NCBI GenBank assembly: GCA_030704615.1
Contig: CM060731.1
Coordinates: 9,920,001-9,984,000 of the forward strand
DNA from: Takakia lepidozioides
Taxonomy: Eukaryota; Plantae; Bryophyta
Reading direction: 5' to 3'
DNA length: 64,000 nucleotides
Shown here: piece after piece, positions 24,752-51,066 of the stretch
Position numbering within the stretch: the stretch's first letter is position 1
Layout: each line of letters begins with the position of its first letter
Made by a program: the position numbers and the translations under genes
The notes under the pieces: generated by a model
What the model was told of the DNA's origin: nothing
Database searches by the model: none
What the model saw: the letters and a program-made list of their open reading frames with translations, nothing else

Positions 24752-26708
24752 ATGAACTGCCTTGCGGACGACGATGGTTTTGCAGTTGTTCATGAGGATG
24801 AGCTGGTTACAGTGTTCCCACTGGAATTGGGTTCTCTGCTTGTTCAAAAGGAGGTGTATGACGAGGATGGGAATTTGGATTCTGGACATTTGGAGAAACC
24901 ATTGGTTGGCGAGTGTGGAAGGAAGTGGAGAGTCCTTCCAGGCACATACCGTGTCCTTGGAAAAGAGAGAAGACAATCAGCAGGATCAGTCATTACCCCT
25001 GGAACTGCAGCATCGGTCGTGCAGCAGAAGGGCACAGTTCATGTGAAAAAGAGTGGTGAGCACATCCCTACATTCGTGACTCTTTCAGACTCATACTCGA
25101 GGATGTTTCTGAGATTCCTCCGCCAGTGCAGACTCCATTCTTGGATGATGACGAATTGCAAGAGATAACAAGTGTCATTCCAAAATTGAAAGCCCTCGCA
25201 GGGGTGCCTGGTGCAAGAGCGAGCTTCGTTTTGTTGATTGGGAGTCCCTTCGTGTGCAGCGGTTCAATACGTGCCAGCAGAGTTTGATGGGGACATCTTG
25301 TTTGAGCTCAACCCTCCCACGTCTTCCAATGGACTGGCTGGGCTTCTGCAGGGCATGGACAAGAAACATGACGGACACCCTTGGTGCAGGACAAAAACGT
25401 CAAACATCCCAACGACATTGATTGAAATTTCGAAGGTCGGTTTGCGTTGGGCATTGCAAGTGCCTGAATATAACTTGCCCTCGCCTGAGAAACCGCTCAA
25501 CCAACGAGAGTGAGTGGGAAGGTGTGCCATTGAATCCTTCACCCCTGACTTGCCCCTCCCAGACCAATACTTTTGTGTGCAGGTTCTGCAAACTTTCCCC
25601 GTCCTGTGTTTCTGTGTGCCACGCTCGTATGTACCAGGTGGCACACCGGTGCAAAACAATGACTCGTGCCTGCATTCATATAGGTGCACACGAGCATCCT
25701 GTGTCCAAAGGAAGTTGCAGGGATAGCGTGGACATCGCTAGAAATCTGCTGAAGCAGGAGTTCCACAATGCCCCTTCTACAACACCTTCTGCTATAGCGC
25801 TTGCAACTAGCAAGGCTTTCCTGGAAAAACACATATTGGGTGAAGGGGATTCGACACAGGCCAATGCTGGATGCAGATTCGCTTGATGCAGTGATGGACC
25901 ATTTCTCCGTGTTGAGCTCTCCCAATATTCGAAACCAGGTGAATGCACTCAGAGTCGGCACAGAGGCAATGCTGGATTCATGGACAACATTATGGACCTC
26001 AAACGGAGAAGTCGCTATGAATTCATTCAAAACAGTATCTTCCCTGGCCAGGGCTCATCCAAGGTTTATTTGTTCAAGATGTCCGCAGTGGGCGAAGGCA
26101 GTGGTGTTAGCATTGTCCGCCGAATGCAACCTGGAGGAGATTTGGCTAAATGTTGGTTGACGTTTGATCACTGCAAACGGGTGAAGGGTTGGACAACCAT
26201 GGCGTGCCATGTGTATGATCCAGCGTACCAACGTGTGCTCTCAATAGCAATTTGTGATATGCAGTCGGAGGACACTGAATCCCAGATGCTCATGTGGAAT
26301 TCGCTCCTGGCCGTCATGCAGCGCAACGGAATACAGAAGACAAATTTTGCGGGCTTCATGGCTGATAGTGCACAGGCAAATTTCAATGCAGTGCGGCGCG
26401 TGTTTGGTTCGGGGGATCCTAAGGTCCCAATGGAAAATAGGGAGCGCACATGCCTCTTCCATTGGAGTCAATCTCTGGCACGTCATATAAAGCGCTGCAT
26501 TTGCCCTGACCTTCAGTTGGAGCACAGAAGGCTCTGTCTCAAGTACAAAAATGCCAAATCAATGGGAGAAGCTGAGAGCACTTACCAAGCAATCCGGGCT
26601 TGGTGGTTCTCCTCTGGTGCTGCTACTGGTATCCACCTGAAGGAGTTGGAGGACTGGTTGGTTTTCTGGCACTTCAGATACAGACAGTGGGGAGCTTTCA
26701 TGATGCGC
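24752..26708 (+). pseudogene. Mutator-like DDE transposase, N-terminal and catalytic part, with a Cys/His-rich (GCM/WRKY-like) domain; frameshifted
   Basis: CVGHCKCLNITCP…C..C…C…HIGAHEHP, then WLTFDHCKRV (first Asp), GFMADSAQAN (second Asp), RTCLFHW (CxxH) and WHFRYRQWG. Several single-base frameshifts. Confidence 0.78.
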
Positions 26709-28540
26709 TGATTTCAAAAAATTCCAAAAATGACTCAAAATCCTCCCCTAAGTTGTACTCAGGGTATTGCTGCTTATGCATTCGCTCTCCATGATCAGAT
26801 TTCCATGGAGTAGTGTCCGGAACTTCAGATTGTTTTAGCAACATCTTCAAAAGGGGGGGGGGTGCAATTTGAAATCACCCCCATGGCTTCACACAGCTCG
26901 TCCAAATCAAACGTGGGCTGAGGCACAGTCGCCGAATCTTTGTGATCTCCGGACGACTCTCCCCTTTCCATATTATTCTTTTCGTTAGTTGCTGTCTCTT
27001 CCCTCTCCTCCGCTGCACGTTTTTCCAACTCACTCAGTCCCATTGTCTCTTCTGCTTCCCTTTCTAGCATAGATCTTGTAAATACATGCATGAGAAGAGA
27101 AGTTCACGGCTACCTGTCCGAAGGAGCACTAAGCTGCGAGTCCCACCCGGACACACAGTGGGACGTGATGAAGCGGTGTTTGTGCAGCAGGTACACTCCT
27201 TCTCCCAAGAATGCCCACAGTTCCTCTTCACCCTTGAGCCAAAAAGCCACGCGCACGATGCTGCGTACCATTTTTTCCTTCACCAACAGTGTGTGGGCAG
27301 GATATGTCTGAGCTTCTTCGGCCTTGTAGAGACCTACTGTTTCACGCCGAAAACACACCCCCCGAAAGATCAACACATCACTGGGACAAAAAAGAAATTT
27401 AGAGTCAGGGATAGCCGTGATGAGCTCTTCCCAAGTGGGATCCTGGGTAGGGGCGGGCAGAACTTGAGGCCTTAAATTAGCAAGCAGGATAGATGTTCCT
27501 CCTTTAACCAGTTCCCACAATCGTAGAGGGCTCGGCTTGTCAGGAGGCAGGAAGCTCTCAAGCTCCACACACAATTCTCGACTCACAGAGAATTGTGGAA
27601 TGCCCAAGACAGCCCAACTAAGCCTCTCACCACTCTCCAACTGCTCTTTGGCACTAGCAAGGGGGATTTGTAGAGTGACTTTTCCTGGAATGAAGTTTGA
27701 GGAGAAGGCGTGCAGCATAGGCTCCCTGAAGAGATTCGCGAATGCGCCGGCTCTGCTCCCTTTGCTCCCCTTTGGTGCGTATGGGTTTACAAGCTTCATT
27801 GCGCGCAGTTTCCTCAAAGGTTTTGGCCCAGAACTCCGAGGGCGTGTCCAGCGGGAGCTCAAGCCGCGGATCGGTTCTCCCTCCGGGTAATCAACAAAAA
27901 TCAACTGCTCAGGCAACAGGTTGCGCGTAAGCTCACAGATGTAGCGAGATTCCAACGCCAGAGTCTGCTTCAAGCGCGGGACCTCGAATTGATCAAGTTC
28001 AAACCAACCACGCTCAAAACTGGAAGCCATAGTGCTTGCTTGCTAAACTCTCAAAACATAGAAAAACTCGAGTAGACAAACTTCCTCTCTCTCTCTCTGT
28101 GCGTGCAAGACACAAGCCGCCATTTTGCCACTCCCTCATCCTTCAATCATGCAGGATCCCCCGTACACAATCTACTGTTCTCAAGTGTTTCGTACGAACT
28201 AAATTCTCTGTCAACGATTTTTGTTACCCCGCATCTCCACCATGATTCCGGCGCTATGGGTTTGTTCTCATTCCTCTACCGGACTTAACCTTATCTAGGG
28301 AATGTAGTCGATAGATGGGCCTGGCAGAGAAGACGAAATCTTACTGAGAGGACACCACAGACTCAAACCTCCAAAACACTTTCATCCAACCACTCAAGCA
28401 CTCCATTACACCCAACGTACGCTCGCGTAAGACCCAAAAAGCCACCACCCTCACTGCCACGACGGTGAGGTTTAAATAGTATTAGGTCATAATCTAATCC
28501 TAGTGCAGCGTGGCACTTACATATAGGTGCACCAGATGCC
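26709..28540 (-). mobile_element. 5' part of an LTR retrotransposon: extra 306-aa ORF plus gag N-terminus, truncated at 26709
   Basis: Minus-strand YPEYNLGEDFESFLEFFEISA (gag-like) ends at the junction. ORF 28030-27110. Weak tRNA-Gly-like PBS (CA-TC-TGGTGCACC) at ~28525-28537. Confidence 0.5.
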
Positions 28541-31500
28541 CTTCCAGCACAGCCATAGAAAGAAGCCAGATCACCCAGTCCCATCCTAATCTAATCCTAA
28601 ACTAGCTGTTAGAATAAGACAGCCCCTAATAAAGCCATCAGCTGTTGCTAGCTCATCCTCATGCGCAAGGTGTAAGTTCATCCAGACTTCATCCTGGCTC
28701 CGTCCATCCCTTAAATCATCCGGAGCGCATCCCTCCTCCATTCATCCATGTCGAAAAGTAAGGTGAGAAGGAATCCCAGCTCCACACCCTACATTCATAC
28801 ATATGCTTTAAAAGTGGCATCTGTGATTTTACAAAAAACAACATCAGCAGCAATCCTAGGTTCAATGGATGGGGCAAAGTCCCCTTTCCCCCAAAAAAAA
28901 TAATATAAAAATCAAATAAAAATCTCCCGTTTAGGTTTACCGTCTGTTCAGGCCTTACGGCAGCCTTGGGGCCTATAAGTAAGGATTTTTTCGTTTTTTC
29001 CCTTCAATAATTCAATAAACCTTAAATGGGCTTCCTCCCCTTTCCTCTTTTATTAATAATAATAATAAAAGAAAATCCTGGGATGTGCCAAGATTGATCA
29101 GTTTGAGCATGCATAGTTTTCAGCTTACTATGCATAATATTTGTTTTGCTGTAAACCTCCATAAATACTAATACAAATGTCTCAAGATTCCGTTCCTTCT
29201 CTAGATATGGAATATGCTATTTTGCTTTGAGGTTGTCCTCCATATTTGTCAAAACATTAACCCTCCATATGTAATAGTTGGTATTTCTTCACTCTCTACA
29301 ACTAACTAATATAGATGGCTCCATATGTTTTTTTTCCCCCTAATCTTCACAAACATTACGAGGTAATTATTATCTATTACGCGTAACAAAATTTTCTACT
29401 CCCTCCTTCACCAAATAACCGATGTTATTTCATCCATCCAATTAATCTTCATTAATTCTATCCAATAAACAAGGATAGGTACTCCTCTGTATGTGCACTT
29501 TGAGGGTTTGAATGCCTACAATGACTTTGAGATTGTAGAATTTTACTATTATTTTCTATTACAGAAAAGGGAGTGGAAATTGCTTCTAGCATCAACAAAT
29601 GGCCTCCAATGGTTAGGGCACCACACTCTCTTAGTGGTAAAGGACCATATGCTGGATGTGGTGTTTCTAAATCCGACGAAAAATCGCCATATTTCGGCTA
29701 TTTCGACTTGAGAAATGGGTTCATGGCACGGTGACTGTGAAAGAGGTTATTTTCTCCTCTCACTATTAAGGGGCCTGATTTGTGAGCTGTCCGCGCTCCG
29801 GGCCATGTCACGTTTCCCTTTTTTGAAAAAGAAAAAGAAAAAAAGAACACTGGTCGCCCATCATTATGCTCATATCCATAAAATGGAGATACTTAGGTCA
29901 CCCATATGGGTACTTCGGGCTTTCCAAGTATTTGGAAGATGTTTGGGTAATCCCATTGCCCCAGTTATGGTAGTTTGAAGGTTCACCTTCCAAGCGGAAG
30001 GCAATGGTCATGAGGGGATGTGATATCATATTTTACGTCTGCTTGGGTACCAGTCTTCCTCCTTGTCAATGCTTCTTCTGCAAGATACAGTTGCAGACTA
30101 ACTTAGGAAGTTGATCTAGAGCTTGTGAGTTGTTGACTCAGATGTAGAGAGACATTAACTAAGAGAATGCTTAATATTTTTCTTAGAGCAATTCAATGGC
30201 TTTGGTTAGCAACTTTCTATCATTCTAAAAAATTGCTTGCAAAAACAAGCTCAAAATACATGGTACATCTAGACAACTAGCCGTGATTATTTTCTTCATT
30301 TTTTTTGTTGAAAAGGAGTGGATCCTAGATTATATTGCACTATGTAGGTGGAAAAAATAACCACCCGGGTCATTATAGTCATTAGTCTTAGCTCATGTTG
30401 TGCATAATTGGAACTTAAGCTCATTACCTTTTTTTTACCCTTAAATTTCATTTATTCTCTCTATGTGTTCTATGTGTCTTAATATTATATCCATAAATGT
30501 TATTCTTAAAACCCTAAAAATCTCTGCTCTAATAAGGGAAGACCTTATATAGGTGATGTGCTCTCCTCAATTAATACCTACCTAAGTTTATGAAGATGAT
30601 ATTTTCATCATTTAATACACACTTACATTAGAAGGCTCCGACATATATTTAGATTTCATCCATCTATTTTCATCCATCTATTCAGTACCTCATATAGTTC
30701 TATTCATTTCTATTAAGTTGAGTTCCATCTAGTTCCATTATCATTATATTCAGTTCCGTCACGGTTTTTGTTTTTGTTTTTTTTTCTTAAAGATAACAGG
30801 GGACAGTGGTTTTAGTTCATTTCAGCTTTATCCTTTGCATTCCAAATATTTTTTTTTGTTTTTTTAAGCAAACGGGGACTGTAGCCCTTCAAATTTATTT
30901 ATTTATTTATTTATTTTCCAATCAATGGGGAAAGCACAAATATACGTGAGTAATTTCTAACTTTGCGTTTATTTCTCAGATGTTATATTTTGTTTTTTCA
31001 ACAATTTTATTTTACATTGTTATTCTAGATTCCTACATACTTGGATATAGAGCACCCATGTAATAATTGTTGGTATTTTGGTTGTTTGCTTCCATTGCTT
31101 ATTTCTTGCATTATGCTCCAAGTGTTTCAACGTTACGTTGTGAGTGAATGGTTCATTTTGTACTTGAATCTTTGAAAATGCCATATGACAAGATTTTCAG
31201 ATTTATTTTTTCATGCAAGCTTTGTTTATATAAAAACAATGTCTCATTTCATGCCCACCCTCCTTCCAGAAATGGCTCAAGCAAACGCCTGTAGAGCCTT
31301 TTGGTGCATAACATTCAACGACTCTAACAAAAATGAATGGATAATGAATGCACCCTTTAGCTTGAATAGCAAGTGGAACATATCTGTTTGTTACATTGTT
31401 TGTACAGTGGACAATTTTGTTACTGGCTGATAGGTAATGACACGAATAATCTATTTGAGAATGTGAAGTCACTAGACTTTGACAAAAGACCGGAAGACCT

Positions 31501-33561
31501 GGTAAAATATGTATACATATTTTTCTTTTCTAGCAATTTGGTCGCTAAATTGGACACCATCATTTACAAATCGTCTTTGAGAGAGTGCGAAGTCGCAGCA
31601 AAATATTTTTGGCTCGAGAGACTTTGCATCATGTTGAAATCAACGGAGAAAATGTGGTCAAAGGACCTTGCACCATGTCAAGGTGTGTCATTGGTGTGTT
31701 GTGCTGAGTCATGCTCCATAGTCTTACCTTCCTCTTATGTTTTGCCAAAGCAAGAGAACCCATTGTCCGGTCTTTCTGACCTTCTGAAACTGACCAAATG
31801 AGTTGGGGCACTATGCCAGGCTTGTTTTCAATGAAAAGTTATGATGTGATAATGTGACATGGTGTTCTCACATATTATTTAAAAAATCAATAATTTACCG
31901 GAGGTACCGAGGAGGGAGAGAAACCGGAACTAAGAACCCAAGGAAGGCAACAAGGCAGAACTAAGGGGCTGCCAAGAACCTAAGGCTGGAAACACCTCAG
32001 CCAGCAGACTATAACAGCCACTAAGCCGAACACAGCAGCCTGAAGAGCGACGGTAAGATCAACAACAGGTGCCAAGCACTAGGGAACTGTGCTTGGAGGC
32101 TGTCCCTTTATATTATGGTCTAATATAAATGGACGAGTAACAAACATATTCCCTCATTGCCATTATTACCAATAAACACAAACTAGGAGAGAGCCAGGCT
32201 ACCCATAGTGGACATGCCGCTTCTGCCCAACCCAGTCGTGACCTCTCACAAATGAGGCCCCTTAGTGAGAGAACAAAATAACCTCTTTCACGTAACCTCG
32301 CCATGAGGCGCAAGCACAAGGCTAACGAGAAACAGCACCCAAAGAAGCGGGGAGAAGAACCCAGAGTCACTTGCTGGCACTCAGCGCACTACCCAACTGA
32401 GCATTTTGGTTTTTACAACTTGGCAATGACGATTACAGTAGTATGAAAAACATTGTATTGTATGCTGTAAATACATCAATCTAAGGGGAGAGCTGAGAAA
32501 ATGATGTAGTTGCAGACTTGTAAGTAAGGGTGGAGGTGGCATTAGGCGACTAGCCGCTTGTTCCTTGGAGTGTTAGAACTTAGAACGTTAGAACTGTAAT
32601 GTTATCCTTTTTGTTACTCCCAATGCTAACACTTATCCAGGTTTGACTGTCATAGATATCAATGCCTTCTGCTGAAGTCCATCTACCATATCTCTCCACA
32701 GAAAGCACTAGAAAGTGCTCTGCACTTGAAGTTCAAGACAACCAATCCTGCTTCAGCCCATCGTATCACTTGAGGCATGCCGCTTTGGGAAGGCTGCATT
32801 CCACGGATAAATGAGCGAGCCTGCCTCTGCAAAGGCTGCTCAGTGCTCGCCGCAGCTCCATCATTGTATGCAGCGCACACTCGCCTCATCATCCTCTCTG
32901 CCACTCTCCTGCCACACTCCATCACCGCACTGAGCGCAGCCTTGTGCAAGCAAGCGGGAGAGAGAGCGACTGTCCAACTGCACGTGTGGTGGGCCGCCGC
33001 ACGTCGTAACGTGGATGCACCTACGCTCTCATCCATCCCTCACACCCTCCCGAGCGCCTCTTTTTCATCTCGCTACCAGGCGTACATACGATCGTGTAGC
33101 GTATTTGTGGTGCACAGTATAAAGGGGGCACATGGTGTGCTCAGTGGACTCATGTCTTTTGTGCAGAGTTGCTCTTAATGTCTTTGGAGTACATACAAAA
33201 GGTAGTATTTGGATTTATCTATTAATCTATTGTTTTTCTTTTTATTATGCCAGAACATGATGTTGGACCTTTGTGCATGGGACGAGGTTACTTTCGTGGG
33301 CCTTATTGGTTGGTTGTGACCACACACATGCACCGTCATGGGGTCGATTTCGGTCAGTCACACTTCGTGCCGATTACGGAACTTCCAGAGACCCGGTCTC
33401 CGGCACGTTGTATTCTCGCTTTGAGGCAGCCCGACGTAGGGGCTTAATAACCCAGGTGAGCTTGGGTTCGATCCTTTGACCCGTCCATTTGTGCCCTCCA
33501 AGGCTCGGTAAATTCGCTGGACGGTAAACACACCTATAACGATTTCACTCGTATATGTGTA

Positions 33562-34689
33562 GGGGATTCCAAAAAGGCCTTGATGTGAAATGCATCGCAA
33601 TTCACTTGATCACCCCCTAAAAGTGCGCAATTCAATTGAATTGCAAGGGCAATTCAATTGAACTAACCCTAATTTGCAATTCAATTGAATTGTAATCTAT
33701 AATTTTTAACTTATTTCTGTATATAATATATGTATATATTTAAATTATACATATATACATACACAAGTATAAGCTAAAAATACATGTCGCCCGTCTATTC
33801 TTGCTGTCCGTCTGTCAATCCTTTGCCCGTGGTAAGGCTTGAGCCCAAGATAAGCCTAAGGGAGAGCGAGAGAGGGAGAGAGAGAGAGAGGGGAAGTCAC
33901 GAAGCGCTTGTAAAAGCGGGATTGTCTCTCTTTGTGGATGTTGGTGCCAATATATGGCTATGTACATATACCAAACATGATACCAATGTAAGAGTTTGAT
34001 ATATTAAACTTACATAGAACACACATCCCAACTTCAACATGATACCTTTGTAAGGGTATTGAAATTTTTGATAATTCTCAAGATGAACATATTTTTTGTT
34101 TTCTTTGTCCTGGGCCATATACTAGTGTTAGGGGACTACATGGTGATGCAGGGGAATCCTTTCATCAATTGTCAGGTTTGATTTTGTCTGTTTTTTTCGG
34201 AGCCAGCCATGTTTCTTTTGCCAGTGAATCACAGGAAGCTGCCGATCTGACTCCGTCTCTGGCTCTCCCTTTCACGCTGAGGCCGAGGGTGGCTTCACAA
34301 CTCCACAATTTCCTCAAGGGCACAAGAAAGAGGGCCAACAAGAATAGAGGGGCAACATGTATTTTTAGCTTATACTCTTATATGTGTATAAATATAATTT
34401 GAATATATACATGTACATATATATTACATTATATATACAAAAATAAGTTTAAAATTATAGATTACAATTCAATTGAATTGTAGTCAGCAATTCAATTGAA
34501 TTGCCAACTAGCGATTCAATTGAATTGCCAATTCGCAATTCAATTGAATCGTGCCGACAATTCAATTGAATTGCGAATTAGGGTTAGTTCAATTGAATTG
34601 CCCTTGCAATTCAATTGAATTGCGCAGTTTTAGGGGGGTGATCAAGTGAATTGCGATGCATTTCACATCAAGGCCTTTTTGGAATTCCC
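33562..34689. mobile_element. Non-autonomous foldback/MULE-like element with long TIRs
   Basis: ~230-340-bp inverted arms (GGGRATTCCAAAAAGGCC…GCTAAAAATACATGT) containing repeated CAATTCAATTGAATTG. Imperfect flanking duplication TATATGTG/TATATGCG. Confidence 0.8.
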
Positions 34690-35039
34690 TATATGCGACC
34701 CTGAGAATGAGCAGAGGGCCGGGTCGGGCAGCCCGTCCTCCACGGGGGTTCGCACGTGCGGTGTTCCCGCGTGACGTAGGACATCTCCCACTCCGAGGGC
34801 GCCGGCGGCGGGCGGGACCTCTCGGGACGCGGGTAACGGACACTTGAGATTAGTTGTTATTATTATTAATTGTTTTTTATAATATGATGAAAATGATAAT
34901 TTCATAAGTTGAGGATGGTATGTTGGCAGTACTAATGGTTTTATGGTTGCTGCGATGTGGTCATAAATTACAAGAGTTTCCCAGCGGGGTTTTATTAGCT
35001 TAAAACTACTGTTACTATAGTGGAGTAATTAAAGGCGCT

Positions 35040-35340
35040 GGCCGGTGATCCTCTTGGGCCCGGCCGTGGATGGCGTTTGACGACCGGCATTAAGTTATAC
35101 GAACGCAGGGCAAATCTAGTGCGGCCCACCGCGGGGTATCCACGCGGCTGCGGGTACGCGATGCCCCGGCCCTCCCTCTCGTCTCCCTCACTCGCACCCG
35201 GGATTTGCCCGGCTACCCTTTCCAGCTCCCTTATGTGTCTCTGTGTGTGTGTGTGTCTTCGAGGCGTCTCGCTTCTGTAGTTTGGGGTCGAAAGTGTCTC
35301 TCTCCGATGTTTTCTCTCTCTCTCTCATAGAAGATAAGCT
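35040..35340 (+). promoter_or_regulatory. Probable promoter/5' leader of the ARK gene
   Basis: CpG-rich stretch with TGGGCC/GGCCCA (site II-like) motifs and CT/GT-rich tracts ~1.1 kb upstream of the ATG. Confidence 0.4.
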
Positions 35341-36403
35341 CCTCGATTTCGTCTTTGATTCTCCCGCCACGTCGCGCTGTTTTGGTGTGGAGTGTGGGGA
35401 TGGCTGAAGTGTGGCGCCGAATAATGAGACGGGATTGAGAAACTTTTTCTCAGTTTATCTCAGGCTTCGTTTCCCGTCCGTTAATTTGTTTTGTTACATG
35501 AATGTTTATGCTTTCGTTCATCGGTTTGTGTTTCGGTCTCTGACACAGGCCGTTTTTTTAATGGCAAGGCAATGCAGTGTGTGAGTTCGGTTTTCTGTCT
35601 CTCTTCTCCGTCCTCGTTGTTTCCTGAACTAAATACAATGTGTCAAGTAAGGCGCATGGAACTCTTCTTTTCGTGGACATTCCTTTTCCGTGTTCCTGAC
35701 GACTGAATTCCCCTCTCGAACCAGGTGGATACGTTCATCTCTTAGGGATCGGATTGAGTGAGGGGAGTGTATTCTCGATGCTCTTTTATCAATGCTCCTT
35801 GGTTTCTGAACCTTGCTGCATTTCGGTTGCGTTTTCGTGACACACGATCTACCACTAACTTGGAAGAAGTTCCAAGCCAAGATCTTCCAGTGTTGTGATC
35901 GGGGATTGCTAAGGACCTTCAATTCATCTCATTGTGCTCCCCCAGCACTATCCCCTTGACGTGGTATGATGAGCTCACAAGTACTTGGCTATTAAGATCA
36001 CATACGTGAGCTACCGGCGTTGATTCTGTATACTTGTCGACATTCAACCGCTGTTGTATCACGATGATGAGTTGCCAGCCTGTTCATCAGATTGCCACTC
36101 CTAGAAAGCTACTGAAGTCATAACTACTCGGAGCGCGTTTTAGTGACTCCTTGCAGACGAAGGCATACTTGTATTCGAGGGATTAGAAGCTTTTTTCCTC
36201 GGGGCTTCGAAGTTTATTTTACGACTTACTACACTACTTGTGGCAGTGAATTGAGTATCACTTAAACCCGAGGGGAGACTTCTGGTATTACAGGGCAGAA
36301 GAGGCAGAAGAGGGACAAATATCAGACAGATTTCGAGGAGAAGCTTCTAATAGGCCCTAGTTTATCACCACGAAGGTGCACGGTCTGGATGTGGTGACGG
36401 AGA

Positions 36404-51066
<14,663 letters not shown>

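Larger units (their letters stand above)
14913..26708 (+). mobile_element. 5' arm of the large Mutator-like cargo transposon (terminus, MTase cargo gene, palindrome array, transposase 5' part)
   Basis: Terminus (TA)TTCTGTGAGCCCGGAGGCGTGAGCCTG followed by GGGCCTATTTCCGCG, the same end type as 54700 (reverse complement) and 57188. Orientation agrees with the + strand transposase. Confidence 0.78.

Noticed and set aside
32683-33178. Overlapping 117- and 133-aa ORFs as a gene
   Set aside because: No recognisable motifs or supported exon chain. GC-rich sequence gives such ORFs by chance.
33455-33480. tRNA/SINE B-box (GGTTCGATCC)
   Set aside because: No convincing A-box or cloverleaf nearby.
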